From positions 34,348,001 to 34,412,000 of the forward strand of contig CAIIXF020000001.1 of the NCBI GenBank assembly GCA_903813345.2: DNA of 64,000 nucleotides, written 5' to 3'. The position numbers and the translations under genes are program-made. Positions 50,820 to 63,317 of the stretch are shown here, one piece after another; position 1 is the stretch's first letter, and each line of letters starts with the position of its first letter. This DNA comes from Owenia fusiformis. Lineage: Eukaryota. A model generated the notes under the pieces. The model saw nothing but the letters and a program-made list of their open reading frames with translations. It had not been told where the DNA came from and made no database searches.

Positions 50820-52787
50820 CTACAAATCACATATAAACTTTTTTGAAAACGTTAGCAATTCTCAGATAGAACTTCTGAACTTCTGAAATACATATTACAG
50901 TAACAACAATTGACATTTATTAGCATCTACTAATGATGTGTAACATAGTAAATGATGTGTAACATAGTTATATATTTAATTAGCATCTACTAATGTTGTT
51001 ACACAACGTTAGTAGATGCTAATTAAATGTCAATTATTGTTAGTGCAATTTGCATTTTTCATTTGATGCTGCAACAAGTACACAAGTACCAAAAAGTGCC
51101 ACACCCACTTTTCCCTGAAAGCAGCTATGTGTGACTATATTTGATAAATATTATTGATTTACAGGATCATTATATTTACTTTTAAGTGTATATATGATTA
51201 CAATTTTTGACAAAGTAGCAGCCATAAAATCAAAACAAATTTGCAAATATTGCACTTTGAGAACAAAGGGACACATTTGGGAGGGGGTCAAATTGAGAAT
51301 ATTTCGAGATATAAATTCTATGGTAACCATATAACTTAGAGATTGGAAATTTCTGGCACTGACTAACCATAATATGCCCAACCCAATATAGGACAATGAA
51401 TATTTGACATGCATTAGTATTCTTTTTATTTGGTGGTATTAAAGTACCCCCATGGTTTTTTGGGGTAGGGGTATCAATTGGTCTGAGGGCCGTCTGCCAC
51501 CCCTATGTGAAGTCCAACTACCCAGAAAGTGTCCAGCATAATCATACAGATGGTTTGAAATAGGTAGGAATCACGCCTAACCATCGTCACCGTACAGCGT
51601 CAAAAAATAGCGGAGTACAGTTTTCTGTAAGGTGACGCAAATTAACTGCTTTGAAGCAAAAACTATGACAAGGGTTTAAAAAAATTAATTTGATGAAAAC
51701 TAATACAATTTCATGTGAAATAAAAACAGCATTTTCTTAGAAATGGTTTTAAAGAGAAAATCCGAGCAGGCTAAACAAAAAATTGTTTCAATTTTAGAAT
51801 ATTTTTGGCTCATGTCATTCCTTGTTATGTGTATTTTCTAAAAGTGCATGCATACTTTATTCCAGGAAAACTAAAGATTTTTACAATAATGTACGTATTA
51901 TTTTTACTGTAAGAATGGTTACCATTCTTATTATTTGGGAGAATTTAAACATTTTTCACCCATTTTTGGACTTTGAATCATCAATAACTTCACCAGTTTA
52001 TAACATATTGTGAATCTTTTGGGAGGTATTGTATTTGATATTGTAAGGAATAGATTGGTAGGTCAATTATACATGCTGCTTGTAATTTTGTCACCCCCTA
52101 TAGATCAGATTCTGCCTTTAACTTTCTAATTATGATAAATGTTTTACAAGCACTGTTCGGACTTTTTCTGAGTGAATCGGCACACATAATCGACCCAAGT
52201 GAAAAAGGTTGTTTTTTCACATTTCGTTTGGTTATTATTTTCCCTGCCGTCTGAGAGTATGGATTATTTTAATGTTTCAACGAAAGTTTAAGTCCAATTT
52301 GTTAAGTCATTATTAGTTAGTTTGAACCATACTTCCACTATGTTACATCAAGATAATTAAAAATGTATGCTTTGTAAATTTGTACACTACAATAACTGTT
52401 CTAACATAACATGCTTTATGTATAACACATTTTATTTTTTCAAAACATGGAATCCATACACCCCTCACGGTGTCCTTTTCATATCATTTGTAAATTAATA
52501 TTGTATGAAAACTAGAATTGAATAATAAATTGAATTGAATTGAATATGTATTTGTTGATTACACATTTTAGAACGGGTGAAGATTCAGCAAACAAGTACA
52601 GTGTATTCATTATGTATATTTAAAAAAAATCTTTGTACAGTGACGCATCAGCTGTACGGTGACGATTCATTATAATTTGTGAGATGTAATATAAAGAATT
52701 CATTATTTATAACTTCAAATCGCATTAGTTTTGGTGTGGAAGTTCAAATGTTGATCCAATCAAGTATCCCTCGTATAAATGTTGTCA

Positions 52788-54422
52788 AACTGATCAGTAT
52801 CAATTGAAAGTTACTGCAGTCACCTTTGCATTTAAGATGGCAGACAGGAAGTCTCGATATCGATATTGCTAGTTTTCAACGAATTAAACTTCATCATCAT
52901 GGCGCAATGCTTTGATGAACTAAATGAGACTAAGCTTATATGAAATGGAAACTCTGGAGTATGATCATTTGTTCATATATACGAGTGTTGTCCCAGAAGT
53001 AATGCACTATATGCTCTAACTTTATCAATAATTGATATTTTTCCAGGAAATTTTCAGTTAATGTTCTTTAAGAGACATTTTGATTATTCTAAAAAATTTC
53101 ATGTTGACTGATAAAACTATGTTGATGTTATAATAAAATCAAGTTGGTGAGTTTGGGTAGGGTGGGGCAGGTTATACAGTCACGCCAAAAGGAATAAAAA
53201 ATTTAAAATATCAAATATTTAATCAACAAATACCATTTTGTGTAGCTAGAAGAAGTATGCTCAGAAATACATTTTAAGATACTAAATTACTATGAGCACA
53301 TCCAAGATTTAATGGATGTATATTGCACAGTGTCCCATTTCACATTTTCTCAAAATATTGCCCTTTTCATGTTATGTATGTTTGATGCCTCTCAGGTCAA
53401 ACACTCTTGGCAATTTCTTCCATGTGACTTGTGGAGTTTTTTTTTGGGGGGTAGGGGGAAGGTGTGATTATTTTTGAAACAAATGCGTGATATATACACA
53501 TATTTTGTACCAAATGCGTGACATAAACGGCAATCGATTTTTCAAAATTTCAACAAAATGCGTGATTTGCCTGATATTTGATCATACACGCTAAATTGAT
53601 GCGTGATTTCTATTTTTCCAGCAAATGCGTGACAATCACGCCTAATGCGTGAGGGTTGACAGGGCAGGCATTGTTTTGAGTGGCTGTGAGTATCAGGTGA
53701 GAATTGCAGCCATTTTTGCAATTTCTTGACTGAGTTTGAATTCTTGACTATTGAAATGTGGTATTATGATATCACAGTGCTAAATGTCATTATATGTACT
53801 TGGTTAACATCATGCTGAATAAATTTAACAATTTCCCAATTATTATATTTAGCAACCATATTAAGACTTAATATGCATGTTTGATGCTGAAACTTCAGGA
53901 TATAATAGATAAAACTTCAATTGTTATATACACAAAATTTCAGCTGAATTGAAGAATATTAAAGAAAGTTAGAGCATATAGTGCATTACTTCTGGGACAA
54001 CCCTCGTAGTGCATTGGCGCTACAGTTCAACGATATCTTCCACCGCTTAATGGAAGGTTACTGGAAATGTATGATACAGTAAGGATCATGAAACCAAAAA
54101 CTCATATATACATGTATAACAAAGTATATTTGTTGCTATGTTATTGATGTTTTAAAAAAGGGATGTCACAAGTAAATCTCATCTTGCATGTGTGACTTTT
54201 TAGGATAAAAGATGCAATATCTTGCATGTGGTAAAGCTGGCTGTGTAGGCTATCTTTGTTAGTCATATGAGAAAAGCCTGGTTTAGTTCAAATGATATCA
54301 AAGCATTACAACTTTCAAATAGTTCATTCCATGAAAACTAAAAATATCGAAATTAATACTTCCTGTCCGCCATCTTAAATGCGAAGGTGATGGCTGTAAC
54401 CTTCGCTTGATACTTACCAGTG
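52788..54422. mobile_element. Unclassified MITE (CACTG-type ends) nested in the Transib-like element
   Basis: IR 52788-52940 vs 54270-54422. Related end at 31620-31796. TSD not resolved. Confidence 0.55.
52982..54006. mobile_element. mariner-type MITE
   Basis: TA-CGAG(T/G)GTTGTCCCAGAAGTAATGCACTATATGCTCTAACT TIR at both ends. Contains a hAT-like end fragment with ATGCGTGA repeats (53500-53668). Confidence 0.85.
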
Positions 54423-55245
54423 ATAATGTACATGTACTGTAGATCTGACACTTCTTTACCTCTTGTTCGAACAGTAAGCTTATAGTTGAATGTGTTTCAG
54501 TATTTAATCCTTGTTATCAGAAATGAATGGAAACATAAGAATTGATCTTTTTCAATGTTGAATAAATACACTGAATGATTATTTGCCGAATCTTCATCTG
54601 TTCTAAAATGTATAGATAACAAATACATATTCTCATAAAAATAATCCATACTCTCAGACGACATGGAATATAATAACCAAACAAAAAGTGAAAAAAACAA
54701 CACTTTTCTCTCGATTCGATTATGTGGGCCGATCCAGTCAGAAAAAATCCGAGCAGTGCTTGAAAAACTTTTATCATAATTAGAAAGTTTAAACCATTCT
54801 TAAGAGAATGCTGTTTTTATTACACCCGAAATCGTATTTATTTTCATCTAATTCATTTTTTTAAAACCCTCATTATAGTTTTTGCTTCAACTCAATTTAA
54901 TTTTCGTCAACCTACAGAAAACTGTACTACTGTATTTTTTGACGCTGTACGGTGAGGCCTGTTTACGCGATGGTTAGGCGTGGGAATGTGTAACCTTCCA
55001 TGAAAGGAAGGTTGCATTTCTAGAGCACTTCTACAGAATGGGTCACAGTCTATTAGGACAAATTTGATTTTTTACATAATATAGATTTGAATGTTTTCTT
55101 TTGAATAGTAATGATTCAAATTGGGTGTTATTTTTGAGGGTTGACAGGACAAGGCAAGTCGACAAGGTCTAGTTACAGAAATGTACTAAAAACCCTTCAA
55201 CCTAAGACTTACTGGGTGTCAAGAATTTTTGGAATAGATTTTTAT

Positions 55246-55630
55246 AACAAGAACACAAATGTGTACAAAATGTCCCCACCAATGGGTGGTCCCGTCAAAT
55301 GGTTATCCTGAAAATGAGTAGACAAGACTCTACCGACACAATTTGAGGACGGAAAATCCAAAATGGCCACCTTAAAATTTACCCAGAATAGTTCTAGATT
55401 TTCATACTAAGAACCACCCCTGAAAATTTGAAATTGATCCATATAACAGATAACCAGAAAATACATACATGTAAATAAGACTTTAAAGACAAGATTTTAG
55501 GATGGAAAATCCAAAATGGCTACCTTGACATTTACCCAGAATGCCAAAAAACTAATCGAATTTAGATTTTCATAGTAAGAATCATCCCTGAAAATTTGAA
55601 ATTGATCTACCAAACGGTTCACCTGGAAAT
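55246..55630 (-). mobile_element. Helentron-type family C, truncated copy
   Basis: Matches the start of 61017-62357. Confidence 0.8.
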
Positions 55631-56060
55631 GACTAGGTGGTGCGAGTAGATATAAACTTGATTTACGTCATTGAATATTCAAAATTCAGTCAAAGTGATG
55701 TCATATTTGAAATCTACATATAAAAGTACATCTAGAAATACGATTCTGAAAATTGTTAATCAACTTTGAAAATTCAAAATTTTTGAAAATGTGATTTCTA
55801 GCTTGTGTTGATTCCATGTTACAAAGCACCAAATGTGAAATATATATCTTTTCTTGTATTGGACAGATAACATTTTATTTTACTGGACATATTTTAATTT
55901 GCATAACTATTAGATTGTACATAAGGGTTATATGAAAATTGAACCACTAAAAAAGATGTAATTTAAGTTAAAGGGAACTTTCTCCTATACCCGCCATGTT
56001 ATCTGGCCCAAATGAGCCACCTGGTGGTGAAACTGGTAACTACTTACTCGCATCTGCATT
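55631..56060 (+). mobile_element. MITE family F, copy 3
   Basis: Direct match to 548-981. Confidence 0.75.
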
Positions 56061-56114
56061 ATTGAATTGTGGTTGAATATGAAAAAAAGCAAAAATAAAA
56101 AACAAAAATGTTTT

Positions 56115-56184
56115 CGTGCGACTAGATTTGAACCCAGGCCTAACGGACATGAGTTCTAAGTGCTAACCATTGCTCCATAGAGCC
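56115..56184 (-). pseudogene. tRNA-like sequence (SINE head)
   Basis: A box TGGAGCAATGG, B box GGTTCAAATCT, then T-runs. Confidence 0.55.
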
Positions 56185-56324
56185 ATGACCTTCAGACACT
56201 CACTTTTCAATCAAGGGGTGAACATTTAACAATTTTGGTATATATATTTTAAGGGCATAAAGGTTATTACAAACACATCTATACAGTTATATTAAAAACA
56301 TAGATATGAAACATTTCAAAACTA

Positions 56325-57334
56325 TAGGGTGGGCCAGTAAAAACGTCCATATTTTTATTTTTGTAATATCTTCGCTTGTATGTTAGAAATATCCATAAAT
56401 TATATATCATTTGAAAGATAATTCAATTTCTAACAAAATGATGTATGATTCATAAAATATGAATGGCTTATTTGGTGACTCCATGGTCATTTCCATATCA
56501 TGGGGTAGTAACAGTCGAAAACAACATTTCGCTATATGGTTTGCGCTTAATACATAATAAGGCTTTGTATATGAAGAAAAGGTATTGGATTTGAGTTTTA
56601 TTGTTTGTAAATCATTGTATAGCTCTTAAATAATCATGGGACCTATTTTTAAGCATTGTAGTTTGTAATAAAGTAAGATTGTTAGATAAATTGATATTTG
56701 CTTCAAACATGTTTTGCAAAGAAACTCAGTTGAAATTTTGCCATAACCCATGAAATGGAATACAATTCCATAATTTCCTCTTCTGGTGTCTATTATTGCA
56801 TTGTCTGCCATTCAGAATGTCAATTAAGTTAACTTATATAAGTACAACATCATTATTGATAATTTTTGCTTATAATAGGCATTATCTCCAAAATGTCTTG
56901 AAATGAGTAAATATTCAACTATTTGATGCAGATTTCTCTGCGTTATTAAGGCTATAATATTACCAATACCTATCAAAATGGTAAAAGAACTCAATAATAT
57001 TGTATTTGTTAATTAATTTGCTTTCATTTGATACATAAATCAACAATTTGACCTTCTATAATTAGACTAATATCCCCAAAGCTAATATAGGGGTTAAATC
57101 TGTCTGGTCAGTTTTTAGCATTCCATATTCAGCAAACAGTAAATCATAATTTTGACCCCTGTGGTAATCAAAAGTTATTTTAAAACAAATACTTATTTAT
57201 GTGAAATGAATTATATATCGTTTTGTTTGAAATTGAATTGTCTTTCCAATGATATATGATTTAAACAATTTTCTGTAATATTAAAAATGTTGTAGAAAAA
57301 ACAAAAACATGGAGGTTTTTTTTGGCGGACCCTG
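56325..57334. mobile_element. Tc1/mariner-type MITE
   Basis: TA-TAGGGTGGGCCA ... TGGCGGACCCTG-TA, ~130-bp imperfect TIRs. Terminus resembles that of 20588-23753. Confidence 0.7.
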
Positions 57335-57337
57335 TAG

Positions 57338-59385
57338 ATACCAGCAATGCCAAGGTGTAGCAAATCCCATCGAACTTTTGAGCACAAAATCGTTCCACTT
57401 ATTTTAAAGTTTTAGTAAAAAATAGTACTGTGGGTACTGGGCTCACATGGTGTGAAAAAAAACAGATATAATTTTTTGCTGATTTTTTGTAACAAAATTA
57501 TTTCAAGCCACTTGCCACTATTTTGGACTGACTGAGATACAGATGGACAAATTGATGCCAATTATTTGTAACAAAATTATTTCATACAACTACTCTTTAC
57601 AGTGACATGGCTTTTTGCAATGCAGGACACCTGAAATTATTTGTAAAGCTAGGAAATGGGCCAAAATTAAATTTCGCGAGACGAAAATGGCGACCATTTT
57701 GAAAATAGGCAAGCTTTTGTACCAGGAGTCATAGGGGAGTTTTTTATATTGATGTTGAACAAAAATAACTTTAAACTGGAATCCTATCGACAGAGGTTTT
57801 AAGCAAATGGTCCAAAAGAGGATTTAGTGAGACAGATGGACAAATCAATGTTAACTAAAATGGCTGAAAATAAAAAAACTGATATAATATTTTGCCAATT
57901 TTTTGTAACAAAATTATTTCATACAACTACTCTTTACAGTGACATGGCTTTTTACAATGCAGGACAGCTGAAATTATTTGTAAAGCTAGGAAATGGGCCA
58001 AAAGTGAATTTCGCTAGACAAGAATGGCGACCATTTTGAAAATAGGCAAGCTTTTGAACCAAGAGTCATAGGAGAGTTTTTTGTATTGATGTTGAACAAA
58101 ATTAACTTGAAACGGGAATCCTATCGACAGATAGTTTAAGGGAAATGGTCCAAAAGTGGATTTTGTGAGACTGGTGGACAAATCAATGTTAACTAAAATG
58201 GCTGAAAATAAAAAAATGGATATAATTTTTTGCTGATTTTTCGTAACAAAATTATTTCATACATCTACTCTTTACTTTGAAATGGATTTTTACAATGTAG
58301 GACACTTGAAATTATTTGTAAATCTAGGAAAAGGGTCAAAAGTGAATTTCGCAAGACAAAAATGGCGGCCGTTTTGAAAATAAGCAAGCTTTTGAACCAG
58401 GAGTCATAGGGGAGTTTTCTGTATTGATGTTGAACAGAAATAACTTAAAACAGGAATCCTATCGACAGAGGTTTTAAAACATGCCACTGTTGTTGACGGA
58501 AAAGTGGATTTCGCGAGTCAGATGGACAAATAAATGTTAACTAAAATGGCTGAAAATAAAAAAAATGGATATAATTTTTCGCTGATTTTCTGTAACAAAA
58601 TTATTTCATATATCTAGGAGCTTTTGAACCAGGAGACATAGGGGAGTTTTTTGTATTGATGTTGAACAGAAATAACTTAAAACAGGAATCCTATCGACAG
58701 AGGTCTTAAAACGTGCCACTATTGTTGACGGACGGACGCACGCACAGACGCACAGACAGACAGATGGACAAGTGAGTGATTGCAAAAGCTCACCATGTGA
58801 GCTAATAAAAAGTAAAATAACACACTTTAAAATAGAGGCCACTTTTCAAAATGGCCACTTAGCCAATGTGCCTTGCTTATGAGTATTAACATATCAAATG
58901 TGAAAAAATAGGCCCACTACTTTTTGAGTTAAAAACGCAATATAACACACATTAAGTTAGAAGCCATTTTTCAAAATGGCCGCCTACTTGCCAAAGTGTC
59001 ATAAGATAGTGTGCCATGCTTTTGAGTATTCACATATTAAATATCGATATGAAAAAATCGCTCCATAGCCTATTACTTTTCCCAGTTACAGCAACAATCG
59101 AAAATAGGAAGATGGCCACTGTGTTTTTTAGATATTTAAATTTTCAAGTTAATCAATATCCTATATAATTTTTTGCATTCAAAACATAGTAACAATACTG
59201 TTTTATATGTTATAACTAAAATGCCTTAAAATTTACACAAATGGCGGCCATTTCTAAATTGGTAGCCATTCTTAAACTCCGCTCTCGAGCAGAACTTGCG
59301 CTCACATGGGCCATATAAATATAAAATATAAACAATATTGGTCCAAGTGTATTTGAGTAATTGTCTGGACGGACGGATGGATGTA
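57338..59385 (-). mobile_element. Helentron-type family G, copy 2 (interrupted by family H)
   Basis: CAGCAATGCCAAGGTGTAGCAAATCCCATC matches 20304-20332. 58812-59385 matches 24020-24530. Confidence 0.6.
57420..58811 (-). mobile_element. Helentron-type family H with ~338-bp tandem repeats
   Basis: Anchors at 57581, 57918, 58256 and 58605. GACA/GACG microsatellite and AGCTCACCATGTGAGCT hairpin at the right end. GCTCACATGG subTIR near 57441. Confidence 0.75.
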
Positions 59386-60394
59386 CTTAGAATTTTGAGG
59401 CACATCAAATTTTCCGCACGCTATTTCTGATTCTGATTGAACGAAATGCAATGGTACATCCAGACCCTTGGGGTTGCTATTTGGAAGTGATTGTTTTTTT
59501 CTGATTTGCCTAAAATCTAGTCTAATTCTTATGGCCTAGTCTAAATTAGTGTGTTTATTCATTTCCCACCCACCAGGCATAGAAGATAATCATTCATTAT
59601 CAGTTATTCATGTTCTTTCTGGTCAAATATAGAGAAAAGTACATGTCCAATAATTGTAAGAATTATTTCTTAATTATCGGTGAGTTAAGCTTTTTAATGG
59701 TGTACAAAATTTGTAATTGGTCTTATATTTCTAGAGATATCGTTATTTGAAAAGTGTGTTTGTCAGCGTGATTGTTATATTCCTTACGCAATTCAGTGTT
59801 CACACCTTTGATTGGCATTTGAAGTGACAATGTTTTGACATGTACAAACCTTCTTAATTCATAAATATTCATGTAATCATAGTTACATTTCCTTTTATGA
59901 CCAGAGATTCTAGAGTTCTCACGATTTTGGTTAAGCCTAATAACCATCATATTTGTAATGTGTAAACGGTAACAAGACTGGGTACAAACTATGTTTCCAT
60001 TGAAAGAGTCTGTATGTATGAAACATTTTCCAATTAGGTAGATTAAATCCTACGGGGAACTCAAGTTGAAACTATACGGAATCATGTATAAACTTGAAAA
60101 CTAGACTGGGAAATCAAAGGTCGAAGGGTTTTTCAATAAAATATATTCCAAAAATTCTTGACACCCAGTAAGTCGTAGTGTGGAAGGGTCGTAGGTCGAA
60201 GGGGTTTTAGTACATTCCCTAGTTACATGCCAATAGAGTTTTGCATTCATCCAATTGGAAATGTTTGGTAAATTATGAAATAATGTGACCTTTGTCTTAG
60301 AACTTTAAATGATCACTGATCAGACATTATGCTAAGAACAGTACAAGACTAACAATCACTTCAAAAATCATATCAATTACATGTGGATACTTAC

Positions 60395-60495
60395 TTTTCC
60401 TATCTACAGCATAGCTCCAGTCGTTATCATCCTTGTTGTCTTCACTGTCATTGTCACTGGCAACATTCTCCTGTTTCCCTGTATTTGCGAGAATC
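60395..60495 (-). CDS. Candidate host-gene exon 1 in window (ILANTGKQENVASDNDSEDNKDDNDWSYAVDRK), phase 2-1
   Basis: Donor GTaagt, acceptor ttgttgccAG (alternatives possible). Only one open frame. Confidence 0.5.
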
Positions 60496-61016
60496 CTGGC
60501 AACAACAGCAGAATATTCAATTTAACCCTACAGTTCCTAAGGGGGGGGGGATTTATTTTTGATAACTTTTGCAGTAAGCATTAGTTTTGCCTGATTTTTC
60601 ATGTAGATGCTCCTAGGGATAAAAGATTAATTTTCTGCAAAAATCATATATGAGGACCTACTAATTACCTTTAAATCAATTATCAAAGTCAAGAGGTAGG
60701 TCTGAAAGTGCTTCCATGAGAGACCCGATTATTTTATCTTTTTTTCCTTATTGCACTTAAAGAGATGTTAATGAGACTTCTCCGTGGTATTTTTTCTTTT
60801 TTCCTTTTTGTTTTGAATTTTTTACACCATAACATTAACTAACTACTCAATATGCAACTTTTCACCACGTAGAATTTTAAAATATTAAGTTTGAAAATTC
60901 CATTTTTATAATGGAGGTCAATTTTCTTGAAATTGACAGATATAATAAATATTGGTAAGACGAAATGTTTGAAGAAAAATGAAGAAAATTCACCGTCCTG
61001 GTTACGCAAAATATAG

Positions 61017-62357
61017 ACAAGAACACAAATGTGTACAAAATGTCCCCACCTATGGGTAATCCCGTCAAATGGTTATCCTAAAAATGAGTAGACAAGACTT
61101 TACCGACACAATTTGAGGACGGAAAATCCAAAATGGCCACCTTAAAATTTACCAAGAATGCCAAAAAATTAGTCAGTTCTAGATTTTCTTACTAAGAACC
61201 AGCCCTGAAAATTTGAAATTGATCCGTCACATAGTTAACCAGAAAACCTGTAAACAAGACTTTACAGACAAGATTTGAGGACAGAAAATCCAAAATGGCT
61301 GCCTTGACATTTATCCAGAATGCCAAAAAAATAATCTGTTCCAGATTTTCATACTAAGAATCATCCCTGAAAATATGAAATTGATCTACCAAACAGTTCA
61401 CCTGGAAATGCGTAGACAAGACTTTACAAACAAGATTTTAGGACACAAAATCCAAAATGGCTGCCTTGACATTTACCCAGAATGCCCAAAAACGAATCAG
61501 GTCTAGATTTTCATACTAAGAATTATCCCTGAAAAATTGAAATTGATCTACCAAACGGTTCACCTGGAAATGCGTAGACAAGACTTTACAGACAAGATTT
61601 TAGGACGGAAAATCTGAAATGGCTGCCTTGACATTTACCTAGAATGCCAAACTAATCAGATCTAGATTTTCATACTAAGAATCATCCCTGAAAGTTTGAA
61701 ATTGATCTACAAAACAGTTCACCTGAAAACGCGTAGACAAGACTTTACAGACAAGATTTTAAGACGGAAAAATCCAAATGGCCGACAATAAAAAAGTGAT
61801 TATGAGTTTTTGCTGATTTCTTTTTACAAAATTATCACATATAACTACTGTTAACAATAACATAGGCTTTTACAACAAAGTACACCTGAAATTATTTATA
61901 ACGCTACTAAATAGTTAAAGTATGAAAACTGAAAAACACCATTTAATATGATACAAAGTATTATCGTGCGCTAACTTTTCTTAAAACATTCAAAATGGCT
62001 GACATGACTGAGCAAACAGGTCCAAAACCTAATCAGATCTAGAATGAAGTGAGCTGAACAAGATTTTAAAGTTTTAAAAGCAACTGTGAAGCCGTTTTTC
62101 TTAAAATTTGCAGACAAGAATTTTAGCATTTGACTTCAAAATGGCCGACAGGAAGTAGGTATCGAGTTAATTTTTTTTCATCCACATCTGTATGCACTTA
62201 TAAGTTATCCCTGAAAATTTGAAGGTGATATCTGTGGCGGTTTTGAAAAAAAACTGCCGGACGTACGGACGTACGGACAGACAGACAGACGGACAGACAG
62301 ACGGACGCGCCTAGGCCTACAATATGGCCCCACACTATGTGGTGGGGACATAAAAAA
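61017..62357 (-). mobile_element. Helentron-type family C, full copy
   Basis: Collinear with 42426-43729, ~162-bp repeats, same terminal hairpin and microsatellite. Confidence 0.85.
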
Positions 62358-62371
62358 CGTGAAATAATCAT

Positions 62372-63317
62372 AATGAAGGACCAACGGTCCTGTGCTCACA
62401 CAGTTTGGAACCTTCAGAGGAATGAATATACTTACTTTCAAACTAAAATATTGATTTGGATTTGTAGTCTCGAACTTTAAGAAACTTAGATAGCACAGTT
62501 GTGTGACCTAGTTTGATGACCTTTGACCTTGAAAATTTTACTAATCCAGAGCTCAGTAAGGTCTTTTGTGATTAAGCTGACCAAAATTTACATCCAAAAA
62601 TCAATTTGAAAAATCAACTTTTTTGACCTTTCGAAGGTCACTGAAGGTGAAGTAAAGGTCAAATCCTAAAAATAATGTCAGATTTGAACTCTTGGCAACT
62701 TGTAGATGATTTTCAAAAAAGAATTTGGTCAAATTGAAACAAGTTGAAAAATAACTTATTTTTACTGTTTTTTGACATCAAATATCTCAAAAACTGTAAA
62801 AATTTAATGCTGACATATATTGAGCAATATGTAGGGAATGCTTAAATCTAGTTATGATGTAATTCACTGCAAGAAATGATCAAGTATAAGGCAAACTTTG
62901 AGAAACTTGTCAATCACAAAACCTGCCATTGACTTTATACATGAGAAAGTTTCTTGAAAATGACGAAGTCCTACTTTTGTCAAATTTTATAGAGTAAAAA
63001 CCAAAAACTGTAATCTCAAGAGCTTTGAAATCTTCAGAGGACATAAGTTGCATATACAGCAACTACTAAAAGTTATTTGAAAGTTCTACTTCAACAAAGT
63101 GTCTAGTATTTACAGAAAATTTGACTTTTTGACGTCAAAATCCGCAATTTCTCGGAAACCGGGCGAACTTGGGAAATGGCGATGATAGGTCAAATAGGCA
63201 TTATGGATATGCATAAAATGAATGTGGATATGACTCAATCCGAATAGCAGTTTTAATTTGTGCGGCCAAAGTTGACGGACGGACGGACCAACGGACGGAC
63301 GTCTTGTAATATATAGA
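62372..63317 (-). mobile_element. Non-autonomous Helitron-like element
   Basis: Minus-strand 5' A|TCTATATATTAC followed by (GTCC)n. 3' hairpin AGGACC..GGTCCT near 62377-62391. Confidence 0.5.

Larger units (their letters stand above)
51572..54982. mobile_element. Non-autonomous Transib-like element with long TIRs
   Basis: CACGCCTAACCATCG termini. 5-bp TSD GGAAT (51567-51571, 54983-54987); empty site seen at 32897-32901. Arms 51572-51750 vs 54790-54982, plus 52120-52320 vs 54560-54790. Confidence 0.85.
50885..55052. mobile_element. Partial Academ-type family D copy (long-spacer end), split by nested insertions
   Basis: 51000-51571 plus 54988-55052 match 32310-32966. Ends ACAGTCTA. Confidence 0.8.
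55178..60218. mobile_element. MULE-like element (9-bp TSD) filled with nested insertions
   Basis: G(A/G)AATGTACTAAAA termini. IR 55178-55245 vs 60140-60218. TSD CTAGTTACA (55169-55177, 60219-60227). Confidence 0.75.

Noticed and set aside
59723..59950. ORF with PIKGVNTELRK as a Crypton recombinase remnant
   Set aside because: Similarity too slight, and no catalytic R-H-R-Y residues.
60522..61016. piggyBac-like element (TTAA-CCCT start)
   Set aside because: No matching AGGG-TTAA end found in the window.
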